From: the human T2T-CHM13v2.0 reference genome, Homo sapiens
Assembly: GCF_009914755.1 (NCBI RefSeq)
Contig: NC_060931.1
Strand: one strand, 5' to 3'
Length of the DNA stretch: 64,000 nucleotides
Under the pieces are notes generated by a model, which worked only from the letters and a program-made list of their open reading frames with translations, did not search any database and had not been told where the DNA came from. Positions within the stretch are counted from its first letter, which is position 1; every line of letters starts with the position of its first letter. The position numbers and the translations under genes were made by a program. Below, in pieces: positions 1-14,178 of this stretch.

Positions 1-1838
1 ACAAGTTGATAATCCCCTTAGGACCTGTATTAGTAAATCCTCTAATACTATAAAGCAACATCAGAAAACAGGTCGCATTTGTTAACACTGTGACAATTAT
101 AATTATAGGCTCTAATTTGAACAGTGCCAGTAACAGTTAAAGACAGGTGTCTGACATCCTGGTTATCAAAAACTATCTGGTGTCTAAGGAATTTAACAGT
201 ATCAAAGTACATCTTTTTGCTCACAAACTAGATTGGCTACTTTTCCAGCCTATAGAAGTTACAGAAATCTTTCTTTTACTGATATTCCTTTGATTCCACT
301 TTAAAGCAATAGCTTGATACCTACTTTTTGAGATGTATATGTATGTACATGTAAATGCTTATATATGTGTATTTGTTTACACGTGAGCTTATATGAACAT
401 ATAAAACATTATGGTATTGGACAGAGAAATGATATTGATTTGAAGAATCATATTGTTGAAGTATTTTGGGAAGTCAAATGCACTTGAGAGTAAGCTAATG
501 CATCCTAAAACATGTTTCTGTGAAGTCTGAGGAAGGTGTCAGCCAGAGCATATGTTGAAGCAGACCCTTCAGTGAAGCCTTCAGTCTGTAAGAATCGCTG
601 CATGTGAAGATGTGTTAATGTTATGATAGTTACAGTTTTTATAAAAGAGATGATATACACTTGGATATGCTTTCTGTCTATATTTATGCAAATGTGTCCA
701 TAAGGTATTGGTGTCTCTCTTTCTCTCCCACTCTCCCCAGTGTTGGAATTGTGACTATCTTCTCACACAAGCGGCTACTTGGTCTTGATGCCTTCCCCCG
801 CAAAACAGCAACCAAACTGTTCTGGGCCAATATCACCACCTTGTGGTCATGATGAAGAATTGCCCCCTTTGCCCTCAACACCTCTTTTCTTCTTGAAAAT
901 TAAAAACAACCCCTTTCACCCCCTCTACTGTCCTTATTCCAGTTTGTGTCCGTAGTTGCTGGAGGAAAGAAAATGCCTATTGCTCTTTTTTTTATTCTCT
1001 TTATCTGTTTACTCTTCTGCCTTTCTTTTCTCTCCCTGACTTCATTCCATTTAAAGGCCTTAAATTGCAAATAACGAAAAAAGTATTTTCTAATAATATA
1101 CCCTAGTGGGACGAAAACAACCTTCTACATTTTAAATGATATTAAGTTATAATAAATGGTTCCATGAACTTTAAAACGCTTAAAAGTTTTATAAATCTCT
1201 TTTAGAGGCAACACAAAAATATCTATATATATATCTTCTCTTCACCTCAAATTTTCATTTAATTACCGTGATTCAAGATATATCTTAAATATTTCCATTT
1301 CATTTGATTTTTACTTGCTAGTCACCAGTGTTGCAAGAATATTTCTGTACCATTTTTCAAGTAAAATATTGAGCATTTCAAGCTTACATGGCCTAAACTC
1401 ACACTAGAGTGACTACTTCGGACTATCTTTTCAATGGAAAAATGCGTTCTGAGTACCAAACATTTACTTTTTCAGTAAATATGAAGACACATTCTAAAAA
1501 GGAAAGGGAAATGAAGAGGAAGCTTAATTCATTGGTCAGGTGGGGACTAACAGTGTACATTATACCTATGCATTAAAAAATGTTTAATTATCCATGAGCA
1601 CATACAGTGCCTGGCACAGATTCAGGCCTCTTGGCTCCTCTTGGCATCTGAGTTCCTTGGATTCTCCAGATTCTTCAATCCAAACTTGTCTATCTACCAA
1701 AGTCCACCTTCCATACAGGGGTGTGGGGTCTCTCTTAGTACTGTTGGGTGCCAATAACATAGAAGCCCTCCAAGATAGGTCAATGAGATTTTAATTTTTC
1801 CCAACTTTAAATAGCATCTGGGAAGGAAAGCAGCTTTT

Positions 1839-1964
1839 GACTAGGAGTTTGAAAACATCCACTCTTCATATTTATTGTCACATTTATTGAGTAATAAAAT
1901 TGGGCTCTTGTCCATTATCTCTCAGTCAATGAAAGAGCCCACGGTGGGCATGAGCCAGAGTGTT
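1839..1964 (+). repeat. 126-bp dispersed direct duplication, copy 1
   Basis: Aligns ungapped to 4057-4182 with 6 mismatches. Confidence 0.95.
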
Positions 1965-3479
1965 CCGGAGAAAGAGAGGACCAGTCTCCATTTCATGTTC
2001 TATATTTAATCAGTTCAATTCAGCACCTTACTGAGTTTGACATTTTTCTAAGTAATGGGGTGGGGGGTTACAAAATATTTATAACTATCTTTCCTATCTT
2101 CAGGGAGATGTACCATTTCACTGAAGCAATACCACAGCTAAGCAGTTCCAGCTCCGAGTAACAGAGGAAGGAGTGAGCGATTTAGGAACTCACAGAAGGG
2201 CACGGCCAGGCAACTCGGGCCCTGGCAAATGTTCCATAGAGACAGCATCCATGGGGTTGAACCAAGCACAATGCCTGCAAATCGGGCAGGCGGGTTCATG
2301 GAATTGATTCTAGGGCAGGTATGATCAGCACCATTTAAGGAGTGGCAGTTGTTAAGAAACTGAAGGGATTTCTCATATGGCATTTTCAACAGAATTCAGC
2401 AGGAGCCTTGCATATCCCTTGGGATGGGTTCCGGGGTATTATGGAGCTGCCAGGAGGTGCTCAGCTTCAGTAAGTGCCAGTCATTCCTTCCCAACCTCCT
2501 CCTTCATTAGTGGAAGTATCAGCTGGTGTCATTGCCTTCTTCAGGAGGATGGATTTCAAAATGAAGGGCCAACAAAACTCACATTCTCGCAGAGCCTCCG
2601 TCACAACTGCATGTGTTCACTGCCATCAACAGGCCAACACCCACTTGTTCTTTTCTTCTAGGTAAAGGAAAAGGTCTGTGGGACAAAGGCCCTGAACTCC
2701 TCACTCCTTGAATGGGAGGCATATTGGTGGAGGCTGTCACACAACTACAGGTGGCAGGAACCTGCCATCAGGGTTCCCATCAGCCTCCAGGGCTTGCTTC
2801 TCTGCCCTGTGTGTGGACACCTTCCATCACTGGAAACCCCTCTCTCAGAAGAACCACTTCTTGCCCTCATCTCCCACTTGCCTCTCCTCGGCACCTTCTC
2901 CACCCTCAGGGGCCAAGCTGAGGAAGTGTGCATCCTGTGCCACCAACCTTGCTCGCAGGAATTAGTTTCAGTCCCCAGTGACTGACTCTTCCAAACCTGC
3001 ACCAGCCTATGCTGCCCTTTTGAAAGGAGGCGTGCGTACAGCCTGGCTGGTACAGAAGATTCCAGATTTCAGTGACTACAGGACGCTGTCACCCCTTCTG
3101 TTTTTCTTTTTTCTGTCCACATCTCTGATTGAGCATACCTTCAGGGAAAACCCCAGAAACCTTTTTCACACTTACATGGGAAGCCAAGACACTCTCATCC
3201 TGGGCTTGTGTTTTTAAAATCTATATTTTAATTTCACAGGTCCTTACATTTATGACTAATAGATTTCAGATTTTGAGATACAATCTGTAGTTGCAACTTA
3301 TGAAGATAGTTTCAAGCCCTGATTTCTGTCATCTATGAAAACAGTAAGCAAGTTGCTTGTATTCTCCTCCTAGCTGGATAAGAGACCCCCGTTTTCATGG
3401 ACAGCCTCCTTGGGTGGACAGAAGTCTCCTGATCTTGTCTATGTAACCAGCACCCACTTTGCATTTTTCCGCAAAGAAA

Positions 3480-4020
3480 AGAGGAGCTTAACCCCATTTA
3501 CGGGAAATCCACGCACTGCTTGAATCTTACGCGCCCCGTGGTGACGGTGTTGCCCACTCTGTTCCCTTCCCACCAAATCCTGCCAGCACCTGGCAGTCAT
3601 CCAGTCCTTGTCTTAGACTTCACCAACCTTTCCCGTCATAACATGGCTTAGAAGTTGTCCGAATAGTGCTAGAAGCTTTCAGCCCTGGAATGCTCAGCAT
3701 CTGCCATCTAACTTCCATTTAAAACGTTTTGAGCATTTGCTGATACAGGTTCCTCTGTCCTTTCCCCATTATTTTCAGTTCCTTGGCCTTGCCCATAGTG
3801 ATCTGTGGATATTGTCTGCATACTCTTTTTTAGAAACCTAGAGCATCGCAGTGTCCTTAATTTTCCTCTTCAAACTCTATATATTCCTGAGCTGATCATC
3901 CCTACTGCTGTTCCTACAGAACTGTGTGACTAATCTTCTATATATGTCCCTACATCTAGCCATCTAGGTGGAGATCTAGGTACCTATCTCCCTAAAATTG
4001 TACTTGGTATCCACATTGAC
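3480..4020 (+). mobile_element. Degenerate L2 LINE fragment
   Basis: Pyrimidine-rich sequence resembling L2, recognised by eye. Boundaries approximate. Confidence 0.4.
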
Positions 4021-4056
4021 CTCAGGACAGTATGTGATAGGCTCTTGTGCCTTTTC

Positions 4057-4182
4057 GACTAGGAGTTTGAAAACATCCACTCTTCATATTTATTGTCACA
4101 TTTGTTGAATAATAAAATTGGGCTCTTGTCCATTATGTCTCAGTCAGTGAAAGAGCCCAGGGTGGGCCTGAGCCAGAGTGTT
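4057..4182 (+). repeat. 126-bp dispersed direct duplication, copy 2
   Basis: Aligns ungapped to 1839-1964 with 6 mismatches. Confidence 0.95.
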
Positions 4183-5401
4183 TGTGTCCCTAGTTCTCTT
4201 TTGGTTCTGTTACAGCTCTCAGTGACAGTGTCATTGAGGCTAACAAGGACAGAGTACTGCTTTCAGCCACCATTTGTCCAATGAGTGGCTGATCTCCAGG
4301 CCTCTGGCTTTGAGAACATCTGTGATATCTAAGGCAGCATCCATTGTGGGCTTTCCCCCATGCTTCTGTTTCCTTCCTGTCACATAGCTTTGCCTCCTCC
4401 TGCAAGCAGCCTGCTGTAGCAGAACCGGTGTTCCTGAAGCCAGAAACCCAAAGGTCGTGTCCAATGCTTCCCTGCTGTTCTGCTCCCCACCTGCAAGCGC
4501 CCACACACTGATCAACAGCACACGCCATAGAGCATGCCAAAGAATCCCAGAAATACTCATTCTTAATGATCCAGAAGAACAAGTGATAGCTTCTGGCAAG
4601 TTCTAATAGGCCATGTGTGCCCATGGGAAAGCAAGAGTCAATTCTCTCTAGCTGGTTGCCTCTGAATTTATGAAGTCAAGCCGCGTAGGGGAACATGCCA
4701 AGAGGATTATCCCAATGCCTGTTCTGCGTGGTGTCCTTTTTCTAGCCTCGGAAGCACTAGGCCTACACCTTCGCTATAGCCCTCGTCTTAGCGCCTGTAT
4801 TTGAAAAACTTGCCACACCAATCTTAATTTGCTCCATTGTGTTCTAATCTCATTTTAAAAACCACAAGGTAAATGATTAAAAATAATCTTAGATTAAGGA
4901 GTACACAGATCTTTGCAGCCTCATTGTGTTTCCAGAGCGGGCTAGTGTAGACACTGGTGAACAAGGAGGGCCTAGAGAATTAGCTTTCTCCCAGAAAGAT
5001 GCACAGCCTCTACCTGAGAGTACCAATTCCAGAGAACTCAATGGTCATTAAGCACCATTGCCTCGACAGCCAGCCAGCCTCACTTGCCTGCCTATCTCCT
5101 TTATTTTCCAAGTATCTTGTCCCTGGCAGTGGGGAGAGGTTAGCAGGAGGCTGCTCAGATGCTCTCGGTCTCTGATCTTCAGGATCTGAAGGGGAGAGCA
5201 TTTGAAGAATCCCCATTGCTGGATTTCTCAGGACAATCCTGCATAATGCCAGGATCTGATGGAGGAGACAGGCAGCTCTGTTAATCCTCTGGTGCATCCT
5301 CACTTCTGTGGTCTCCAAGTCCACCATGTCCCAGTTAATTCATTTCATTATTCATCTGTAAGTCATTTCCCTAAAGAGCTAATAAGAAAACACTGGCAGT
5401 A

Positions 5402-5611
5402 CAATCAGCCCTCCATATCCATGGGTTCAGCCTCTGGAAATTCAACCCACTGTGGCTTGAAAATACAGTATTCAAGAGACATGGAACCTGTGGATATAGA
5501 AGGCAGATTTTTCGTATCCATAGGTTCTATAGGGCCATTTTAGGGACTTGCACATCTACAGACCTTCAGGAGTCTCAGAACTGATGCACTGCAGATACCA
5601 AGAGATGACTG
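5402..5611 (-). mobile_element. MER2/MER2B (TcMar-Tigger MITE)
   Basis: Termini caatcagccctccatatcc...gataccaagagatgactg form imperfect inverted repeats, with TA on both sides. Confidence 0.75.
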
Positions 5612-5830
5612 TAAGTGGTTAGGAATTTGGATGCTGGGGCCAGGCTGCCTGCAGTTACCTTCCAGCTCTGCCACTTGCCAGCTATGTGACCTTAGCAAGT
5701 TGTTCAACCTCTCTGTGCCTTGGCTTCTTCAACTGTAAAATAGGATAATGATAGCACTTCCCTTATGGAGTCCTTGTGAAGGTTAAATGGCAGAGTACAA
5801 TTAATGTGCTGTGTGCCCAGCGTGTGGTAT
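5612..5830 (+). mobile_element. MIR SINE
   Basis: Core ccagctctgccacttgccagctatgtgaccttagcaagttgttcaacctctctgtgcct...ctgtaaaataggataat. Confidence 0.85.
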
Positions 5831-5939
5831 TGGGGTTAGGTGAAAGACTGTACTGGGATCACTGGGGGTGAGCCTCCATGTGCCATGCCCCAACCACTAT
5901 CCTCAGCTAACTTCTTGTCTGTCAGTGTTAGGCTGGTGC

Positions 5940-6080
5940 TATAATAATTTCCATTTTCATGGATGAGGAAATCAAGGCACAGAGAAGTTACATGACTTGC
6001 CTAAGATCTCAGTGCTTTTAAATAGTGCAGCTAAGATTCCAGACCAGGTATTTTTATTTCAGTGTCTGGACTGTAGATCT
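5940..6080 (-). mobile_element. MIR SINE (antisense)
   Basis: ccattttcatggatgaggaaatcaaggcacagagaagttacatgacttgcctaagatc. Confidence 0.8.
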
Positions 6081-6148
6081 CTAAATCGAGAGGAACTCCC
6101 TGAATAAAATAAGCTTGGAGTGCTGTTAACTAAGTTGGTTATTTAAGA

Positions 6149-6325
6149 CAGTTGTTCTCAGTCCTCAGTGTACATTAGAATCTTCTGGAGGGTATGTTAA
6201 AACAGACTGCTGGGCCCACCGAGAGTTCCTGAGCCTGCAACTCTGGGTTGAGCCTGAGAGTCTGTGCTTCTAGTAAGTTCTCAGGTGATGCTTATGCTGC
6301 TTCTCCCAAATTTTGAGAACCATTG
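6149..6325. mobile_element. MER5A (hAT-Charlie MITE)
   Basis: TIRs cagttgttctca...tgagaaccattg and internal aaaacagactgctgggccc. Confidence 0.8.
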
Positions 6326-6358
6326 ATTGAAAATGTTGATCAAAAATTATGTGGTCTA

Positions 6359-6603
6359 GGCTGAGCACAGTGGCTCACAACTGTAATCTCAACACTTTGG
6401 GAGGCCAAGTCAGGTGGATCACTGAGCTCAGGAGTTCGAGAGCAGCCTGGTCAACATGACAAGACCCATCTCTACAAAAAACACCAAAAAAAAATGGCTG
6501 GATGTGGTGGTGCACACCTGTAGTCACAACTACTGGGGAGGCTGAGGTGGGAGGATCACTTGAGCCCGGGAGACAGAGCAAGACCCTGTCTCAAAAAAGA
6601 AAC
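6359..6603 (+). mobile_element. AluJ with internal deletion in the right arm
   Basis: Left arm, A-rich linker, gggaggatcacttgagccc (J-type), then a jump straight to acagagcaagaccctgtctc-A tail. Confidence 0.9.
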
Positions 6604-7496
6604 ATTTAGTCTTGATTGTCATCTATCTCATTGATCATTTTACTTGGCAAAATTTACCTACTTACTCTTATTAGTCTGTAAAAATGGTTATTAAAATGGT
6701 GGCTTTCAGTGTAACTACAAATTCTCTTAGTCATTATAGTGTTGGATTCACCAATGTATCATCAGTCAGTGTTTCTGAAGTGTGTAAATGAAATAACTCC
6801 TACTTTCTTTAGGAAGAAAAATATTCAAATGACATAATTACCTTGTGATGTGTGACTTAAAGGTAACAGTAATGCAGAGTCAATAGTGGTCATTGTATTC
6901 AAGACACTAAAAGTTCACCTCCCACCCCCCCCCCACCCACCACCCAACAAACACACAAGCTTCTTTCCCTTTGGAAAAAAAAGCTCTTCCAGATACCTAC
7001 ATTCATAAACTATCCCAATTAACCCTTCAGCAAGTGGAAGAAGTGTAAGAAAGGATACCTCTTCTTTAGAACACAGGGTTTGTTTTTATGTTATTTAAGA
7101 TAAACAGGAATTCAAATGGTCATGTACCAAAGCAACACAAAGAACTTCCGGAAATCTGAAAGGGAACTGTGGTCAGAACTCTGAGCATTTTTATGTTTAC
7201 TGAGTTTTGTCCCAAAGTTTATTAATGTTTACATGCCACAAGGAAAGGTAGCATCACAATAAGAGACGTTTTTCAGGCTTGATAACCACTTATTAGGTAT
7301 TTTGCCAAACAAGTTCACACATCCTAGAGAGCTGGATTGTGTGACCCAGAACCCACCCTCTAGGGCAAGGTGCCCATCTGATGGGTAGGGTGTAGGAGTA
7401 GGCCTCAGACCACTCCTGACGTGAACCTGCTTAAAGTGAGGGCCCAATTCTAAAGTGGGAACTATGTAAATACCTTTCTAGTGCATTTTCAGATAA

Positions 7497-8063
<567 letters not shown>

Positions 8064-10258
8064 TGAAGGAGGAAAGCATCCTGTCTTCCTTGTGTTCTGA
8101 GCATGTTTCTAATTGACTGGTAGCTCAGTTGTTGCAAGCGATTGGTTCCAAGTGGTACCGAGTCATAGAGTCCTTGTTCTGGTACAGCCTTGTAAAGGAC
8201 TTCTCAACACGTACCAATTCCACCCTATAAATAAAACAAGGGAAAAGTGAACAGCATCACATGAGAGGCTTGGCGAGGGCTGCTATTATAGTAACACATA
8301 CTAAGTAGTCTCAGCTGAGCCCTCAGGGTACGTGTGCTGAGTGGTCACCCTCCACAAAACAAAAAATCCTGATACACCAAAACTTACTCCTCAAAGTTTC
8401 CACTGAGAAACCATGAGTAAAATGTGTGTTTAAATTGTATCCAAACTAACAGGGTTTGATGTTTAGAAACAATAATCAATGATGGAATAGCAGCAAAATC
8501 GAGTTTTCAGAAAGACCTCAGATGAGCTTTCAAATGGCTTGCCCTCTAACAGGAAAGACTTTGAATCAGATGCTTCTATTGCCACTGGTTATCAGCTCAA
8601 ATTCCTAAAGAACTTCATCCCAAATACCCTGTCTTGCTGAAAGGTTTACTGGAAGTATAAGAGAATGTCATGTTCTGTGTCCAGAAAGGAAGGAACACGG
8701 GCACCCTAGTGTCAGCGAGTTGTGCTCAGGCTCACAGGATGCCCCCTCACCAGAGGCGTGGGAACACGGCGAGCCCCAGCTGGCCGCGCTCTGCCACTGT
8801 TTCTAATAGCCGGTCACGTTGATGGAAGTGTCACAGAGTTGTCCAACAGAACTGTCCAGTCAGAAAACCACCACTCATGGTGCTGGAGTGTCTTAGAAGT
8901 AAAATATGAATAACACACACTTATTTAACTGTAGGCAGGAGGTTTCTTATGAATTGAAGAGAAACTTTTCTTTGCGTGGGAAGCTGTTCTAAAGTTGGGT
9001 AAAACACAATAGATCCACCACCTCTAGCAGCCACTGATAGCTGAAACGTGAAACATAGAGACCCTAAGCTATCACTGCCTCTGAGCTGGCATTGTTAGGT
9101 CATCATAAAGCTAGCGTCTCCCACTGCAAAACCCAAGAGGAAAAAAATAGTTGAAAATCCTATTTTAAAGGCCTAGCAGATTCTATAAGATACCTTGGGA
9201 AAATGATGACGATGACTTGAAATCAGACCCTCGTATGCTGCTTCCGTGGGGGCGAACAAAAATATGTTCATCAAAAATTAAGCAGAAATGCAGAAAATTT
9301 TGTGAGCCAAAAAAGCTGTGTTATCAGGAAATGCAGATATTTGTGGGGTTGTAATTTTTTATATTTGAATCGGGCGGTTTTCAAAATGATCTATTCCATT
9401 TGTAGTGTATCTGAAAACCTATAAAAATAAGTTGATATCAATAGATATCCATCTTCCATAAAAATTCAACTTCTAAAATTAAGCAAACTTTGCTTTTTCT
9501 AATGGCCCCTTTATCCTCAAATTACCCACTGAAATAGACGGATCACACTCAGCCCTAAGTGAAGCAAGCGTGCATGAGAGTAGTCCCAGCCTCGCCTTTG
9601 TAATGAGGTGGAAATTAACATGAAGGTAGGCTACCCTGTGATAGACACTTAACAGGATACTCGGGGACCCATGGTAATACATCCCTGATAAGGAATAGAC
9701 CTCACAAATGAACTACTTGCCTGTTAATTCATTTAAAGCCTGACTGTACAGTGAAAATTCTCTTAAATAAATATTTGATAAGTGAATCAAATTCTGGCTT
9801 ACTAAATTGCCAAAATATAATGACTGCCTGCCTTGATAAAAAGAATAATTACATTTAATGAATAAACCTGCCAAGTACAGATATGCCAGGTGGCACCTGC
9901 TGTTTGCTGCTCACTTCTCCCAACAAATAGCAGCTAGGTGCCACCTGCACACCAATAAGCTGAGTTTTTCACTTACGGAACAAATAACTTTCAGAAGTCA
10001 ATTTTATAGTTTCTGCCTTGCCCTTTGTTAAAAAAATACACACACTTGAAGCAATGAACTCATGAATTGTTTTCATCATGCATTTCCACTTGCCTAAATA
10101 TAAAGGGTCCCAGGTAGATACAGAAATACCTGGTTTGGCCAAACTTGGTTTGAATAACTAGACATGCTAGAAAAGGTTTTCATTTTCCTGGGATCTGAGT
10201 GGAATATGTTAGAAAAGGCATGCTTTCTGAATTCTCTATGCTTAAAACATTTCTAGAG

Positions 10259-10372
10259 CAGTGCTTCTCAAACTTGAAAGAGCATGTAAATCACCTGAGA
10301 TCTCGTGAACATACAACTCTGCTTCAGACCTGGGGGGAGGCAGGAGAGCAAGCATTCCTAACAAGCTCCCAG
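10259..10372. mobile_element. MER5A fragment
   Basis: cagtgcttctcaaactt...aatcacctg...gcattcctaacaagctcccag. Confidence 0.65.
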
Positions 10373-13104
10373 CTTGTGGAGCACAGAGCCGCCTCAGGCA
10401 GCAGGGCAGTGCAGCTGAGCAGTGACAGTGAACAGGGCCATTCAGAGGGCTCTCCACCTGGGGCTTAGGTACGACGGGAATCCCCACTGGACAGGCTAGG
10501 ACTTGCACTGTGGCCATTGTTCCTCCTCCTGCCCATGGCTGAGTCAGCTTCTCAGTCCCTTCCAGGATACACTGAGAGGATTCAGGGGCGGTCTCGCCTC
10601 TGCCCATATCCCCACGTTGGTGAAGTACCACTGGCGCCATTTTCTAATCAGCTCATCGGCACCAGCACGTCACTTCCCCTGTTGTGCAGCTCAGTTTTAT
10701 ATTTCTGACTCGGGTGTAATAGTAACATCTTCCCCACCAATGTCTCAGGGTTATTGTGAGAACCAGAGAGGAGAGAGGTAGGAAGGAAGCAGGAAATGCA
10801 GGGTGCAAATACACCACATTATTATTCTAAATAATGGGATTTTTAATAACAAAGACCAAGAAGATTGTCTGTGCCTATCTAGTTCCCATCTGTAAGATAA
10901 AAAGGTGCAGTCCCTGAGCCTCCTAAAAACAGCACCCTAATGGCACTGCTCCTCCCAGGTATGATTGCAGTAGACCTACGTCAGTTCTTGCAGTTCAAAC
11001 ACATTTTTTCACTTTCTTCTGAAATGCCCTCAAATTCTATGACATAGTATCCATGAAGACTTCCCTTTTTACCCAGTGAAGTTACTAGAGGGGGTTCAAA
11101 CCTTCTTACAGAGGGTTCCTAAAATGGGAGATCTGTGGAGTCATTGGGATTAAAAATTAAATTTCAAATTCATGACATCAATGTCCTCATCCCAGTTAAA
11201 TAAAAGTAAATACAACCTTGAAGAAATTTGACCTACTCAGCTGCAATAGCTGTTGACCTGCAGAAGGCAAATGATGGACCCCGGCCACGCAAGAACACAC
11301 ATGGCGTGGGCTGCGTTCTTGTGCCCCAGCTCCATGGACGTGTCTTCTTAGCTGTGGACCCCTCCAAAGGAAACTGCTTGAGTGGAGTGCTCTGTATTGT
11401 CACTCCTGGGAATGCTCTCTTAACACCCCCATGCCTTGTGCTATGTGTTCATACCAGCATAGGCACTCAGAAGCAAAAAAGGTTTCCAGTGAAATTTGTT
11501 TGCAGGCAGGTATTAAGACATCAGACACTGCAGGATCCAAGTGAACCCCTGCCCGCCTGCCTGCCTGCCCTGCTCTGCTCTGCAGAAGGGCATGTGTCTG
11601 TAGCAATCTGCCCTTTCTGTCTGCGATGGGCAGAGACCCTGGCTCTGCCTCCTGTTTTCCCTGTAGCCCTCCAGACCTGGGGAGAGACATGGGACTCCAG
11701 CACCTGCCCAGCACGGAAGGGGGTCTTTCCCAGGTGTAAGTGTAGGGCTGCATTCACTAATTTAGGGTCATACCACAAACACTGTTGTGTCACCAGGATG
11801 TTGTCACATGCTTATTGTGAGCATTTTTGTGACATGAGCTTTCTCCTGAGAGGCCACCCTGTCCAAATGAGAGCTGTAGTTGGAGGCACATCCGTCTCAT
11901 GCTGCCTGGGTCTCCCTGCACCAGCTCACTCTACTTTTCCTTTTTATCCACTTGGAGTTAAATGCACACATTTATGCACAAGTGCACAGAAGGCCCAGAA
12001 CTGTTCCTAATAGATAATTAAATGATCTCTCTCCAGTGGAAACTCTCCTGGGCTACCTGGCTGCTAGCTGTTTTAGCCTCTTCATCCAGTATTGATTTAC
12101 ATGCATCGGTTTGTAACTCAGACAGTATAGTTAGTTAGTTTGTTTCACCATCACCTTCCAACCTGCTTACGTTTAAACTCCTTCTCTCTGCTTAGCTAAT
12201 ACAGATTTCTGTAAGGATTTGGAGAAATACCAGATACCTCCTGGTTAGTATCAGGACCTCTCCATTGGCCTATAATTGAACATCACTGTAAATTAGTTTC
12301 AGCTTTTATAGTAATGCATCTAACCCGCCAGCTTAAAAAAAAAGTGATGATAATCATGAAATTCAAGTGTCAATATAGACTTTTAAATCTGGTGTGGATG
12401 TTAATAGTGCCAGATATGCTTCTGTGTAATCATTTTTGAGAAGTGCTGTCTTCTTTACCATAATCACATTAATCAATCGGGAAATGGTTAAATAGACATT
12501 TTAATACATTGTTTTTTCCTGAGAAAAAAAGTGACTCCAGGAAATATGTTGTTACAATATCTCAACACCAGGAATTGTGGTCACATAGCATTCTTCTTCT
12601 AAATAAAGCATTTGTTTTACAAAAGAGTTTCATGTTTACTTAAACGTGACAAATGTATCACTCTTCGAAGTGAGAGTTAAATGAAATGTTCCCTGATTTA
12701 GATTCCAAGACCTGTGACTACTCAGTAGGACAATAGCATATTTCTTTTACTCAGATACCTGTTTATCCCTTTGTCAGCTCCAGAATGGAGACACAGGTGC
12801 TGCCACACAGAGGAGAGGGTCAGGTGTTTTCTTAGTCACAAATGCAGCAGTCTCACCCCTGAAAGAATTCCTTCATAACAACTAAATTGCACCTCTTAGA
12901 ATACCTGTACTTAAAATATAATTTGTCTTCTATGGATATAGACAAATAATAGCTTAAATGTTTTAGGATTTGTAAAGAAAGAAAAAGCTAGAAATCTCAA
13001 TGCAACTCTGACTTGTATGTCCTGCCATAGGAAGGTTTGGGACTTTTCTTTGGAAGATGGGAGGCTTCCTTCACAGTTTCTTAACTTCTCATTTTATTCA
13101 ATCT

Positions 13105-13160
13105 TTCTCCATCTCTCTCTCTCTTTCTCTCATCCTCACGCTCTCTGTCTGTCTCTCTCC
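13105..13160. repeat. (CT)n-like simple repeat
   Basis: Imperfect tctctc tract. Confidence 0.6.
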
Positions 13161-13695
13161 TGATTTGTCTGCTTAGGGACAGACAGGTAATGGAGAAGAA
13201 ATTGAAAGGGAAAATACAGGGAAAATGTAAATGAAAAGAAGTTATTATAACTGTTATAATGAAGTGCCTTTCATTTAAATATAAGAATGTAACGCTGAAA
13301 TGAACTTGTGATCCTGAAATGCATTTTTAATGAGTTTCCTTTTTATTTTGCTGCTTCAGTGGCATATTTTAAAGACCCTTTGAAAAAAGCCACATTAAAA
13401 AACCCCACCAAATGCCACAACACGCAAAATTGGATATTGGTTTATTCCAAAACTGCTGATCAGGAAGAGTGGCTCTTCATCACAAAATGTTGCAGTCACT
13501 TTATTTAAATGAGTTTGAATTTGCATTGTGATGTGCCATTCTGATTTAGGGAAAAAAAATTAGATTTTCAGATCAAATTGACCCAGCCAGTGAAGCGTTA
13601 AGGAGCTGGCAGGTTTAGTCTGAAAGCCTCATGTTCTATCAAACCTGCAGCCGGTGGAAGTCACCAGGCCCCCGTGGGAAACAACTTTCTCGTAG

Positions 13696-14178
<483 letters not shown>

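Noticed and set aside
1-1300. Possible 3' end of a short intron-3-terminating IKZF1 isoform (AATAAA at 1151)
   Set aside because: The alternative exon I recall lies upstream of the window, and AATAAA is common in AT-rich DNA. Not supportable from this sequence.
3955-3991. Near-palindrome ggagatctaggtacctatctcc
   Set aside because: Short, imperfect, inside a degenerate L2. No basis for an ncRNA call.
11228-12010. 260-aa ORF in intron 4
   Set aside because: TTG start, no recognisable homology or codon bias. Consistent with chance.
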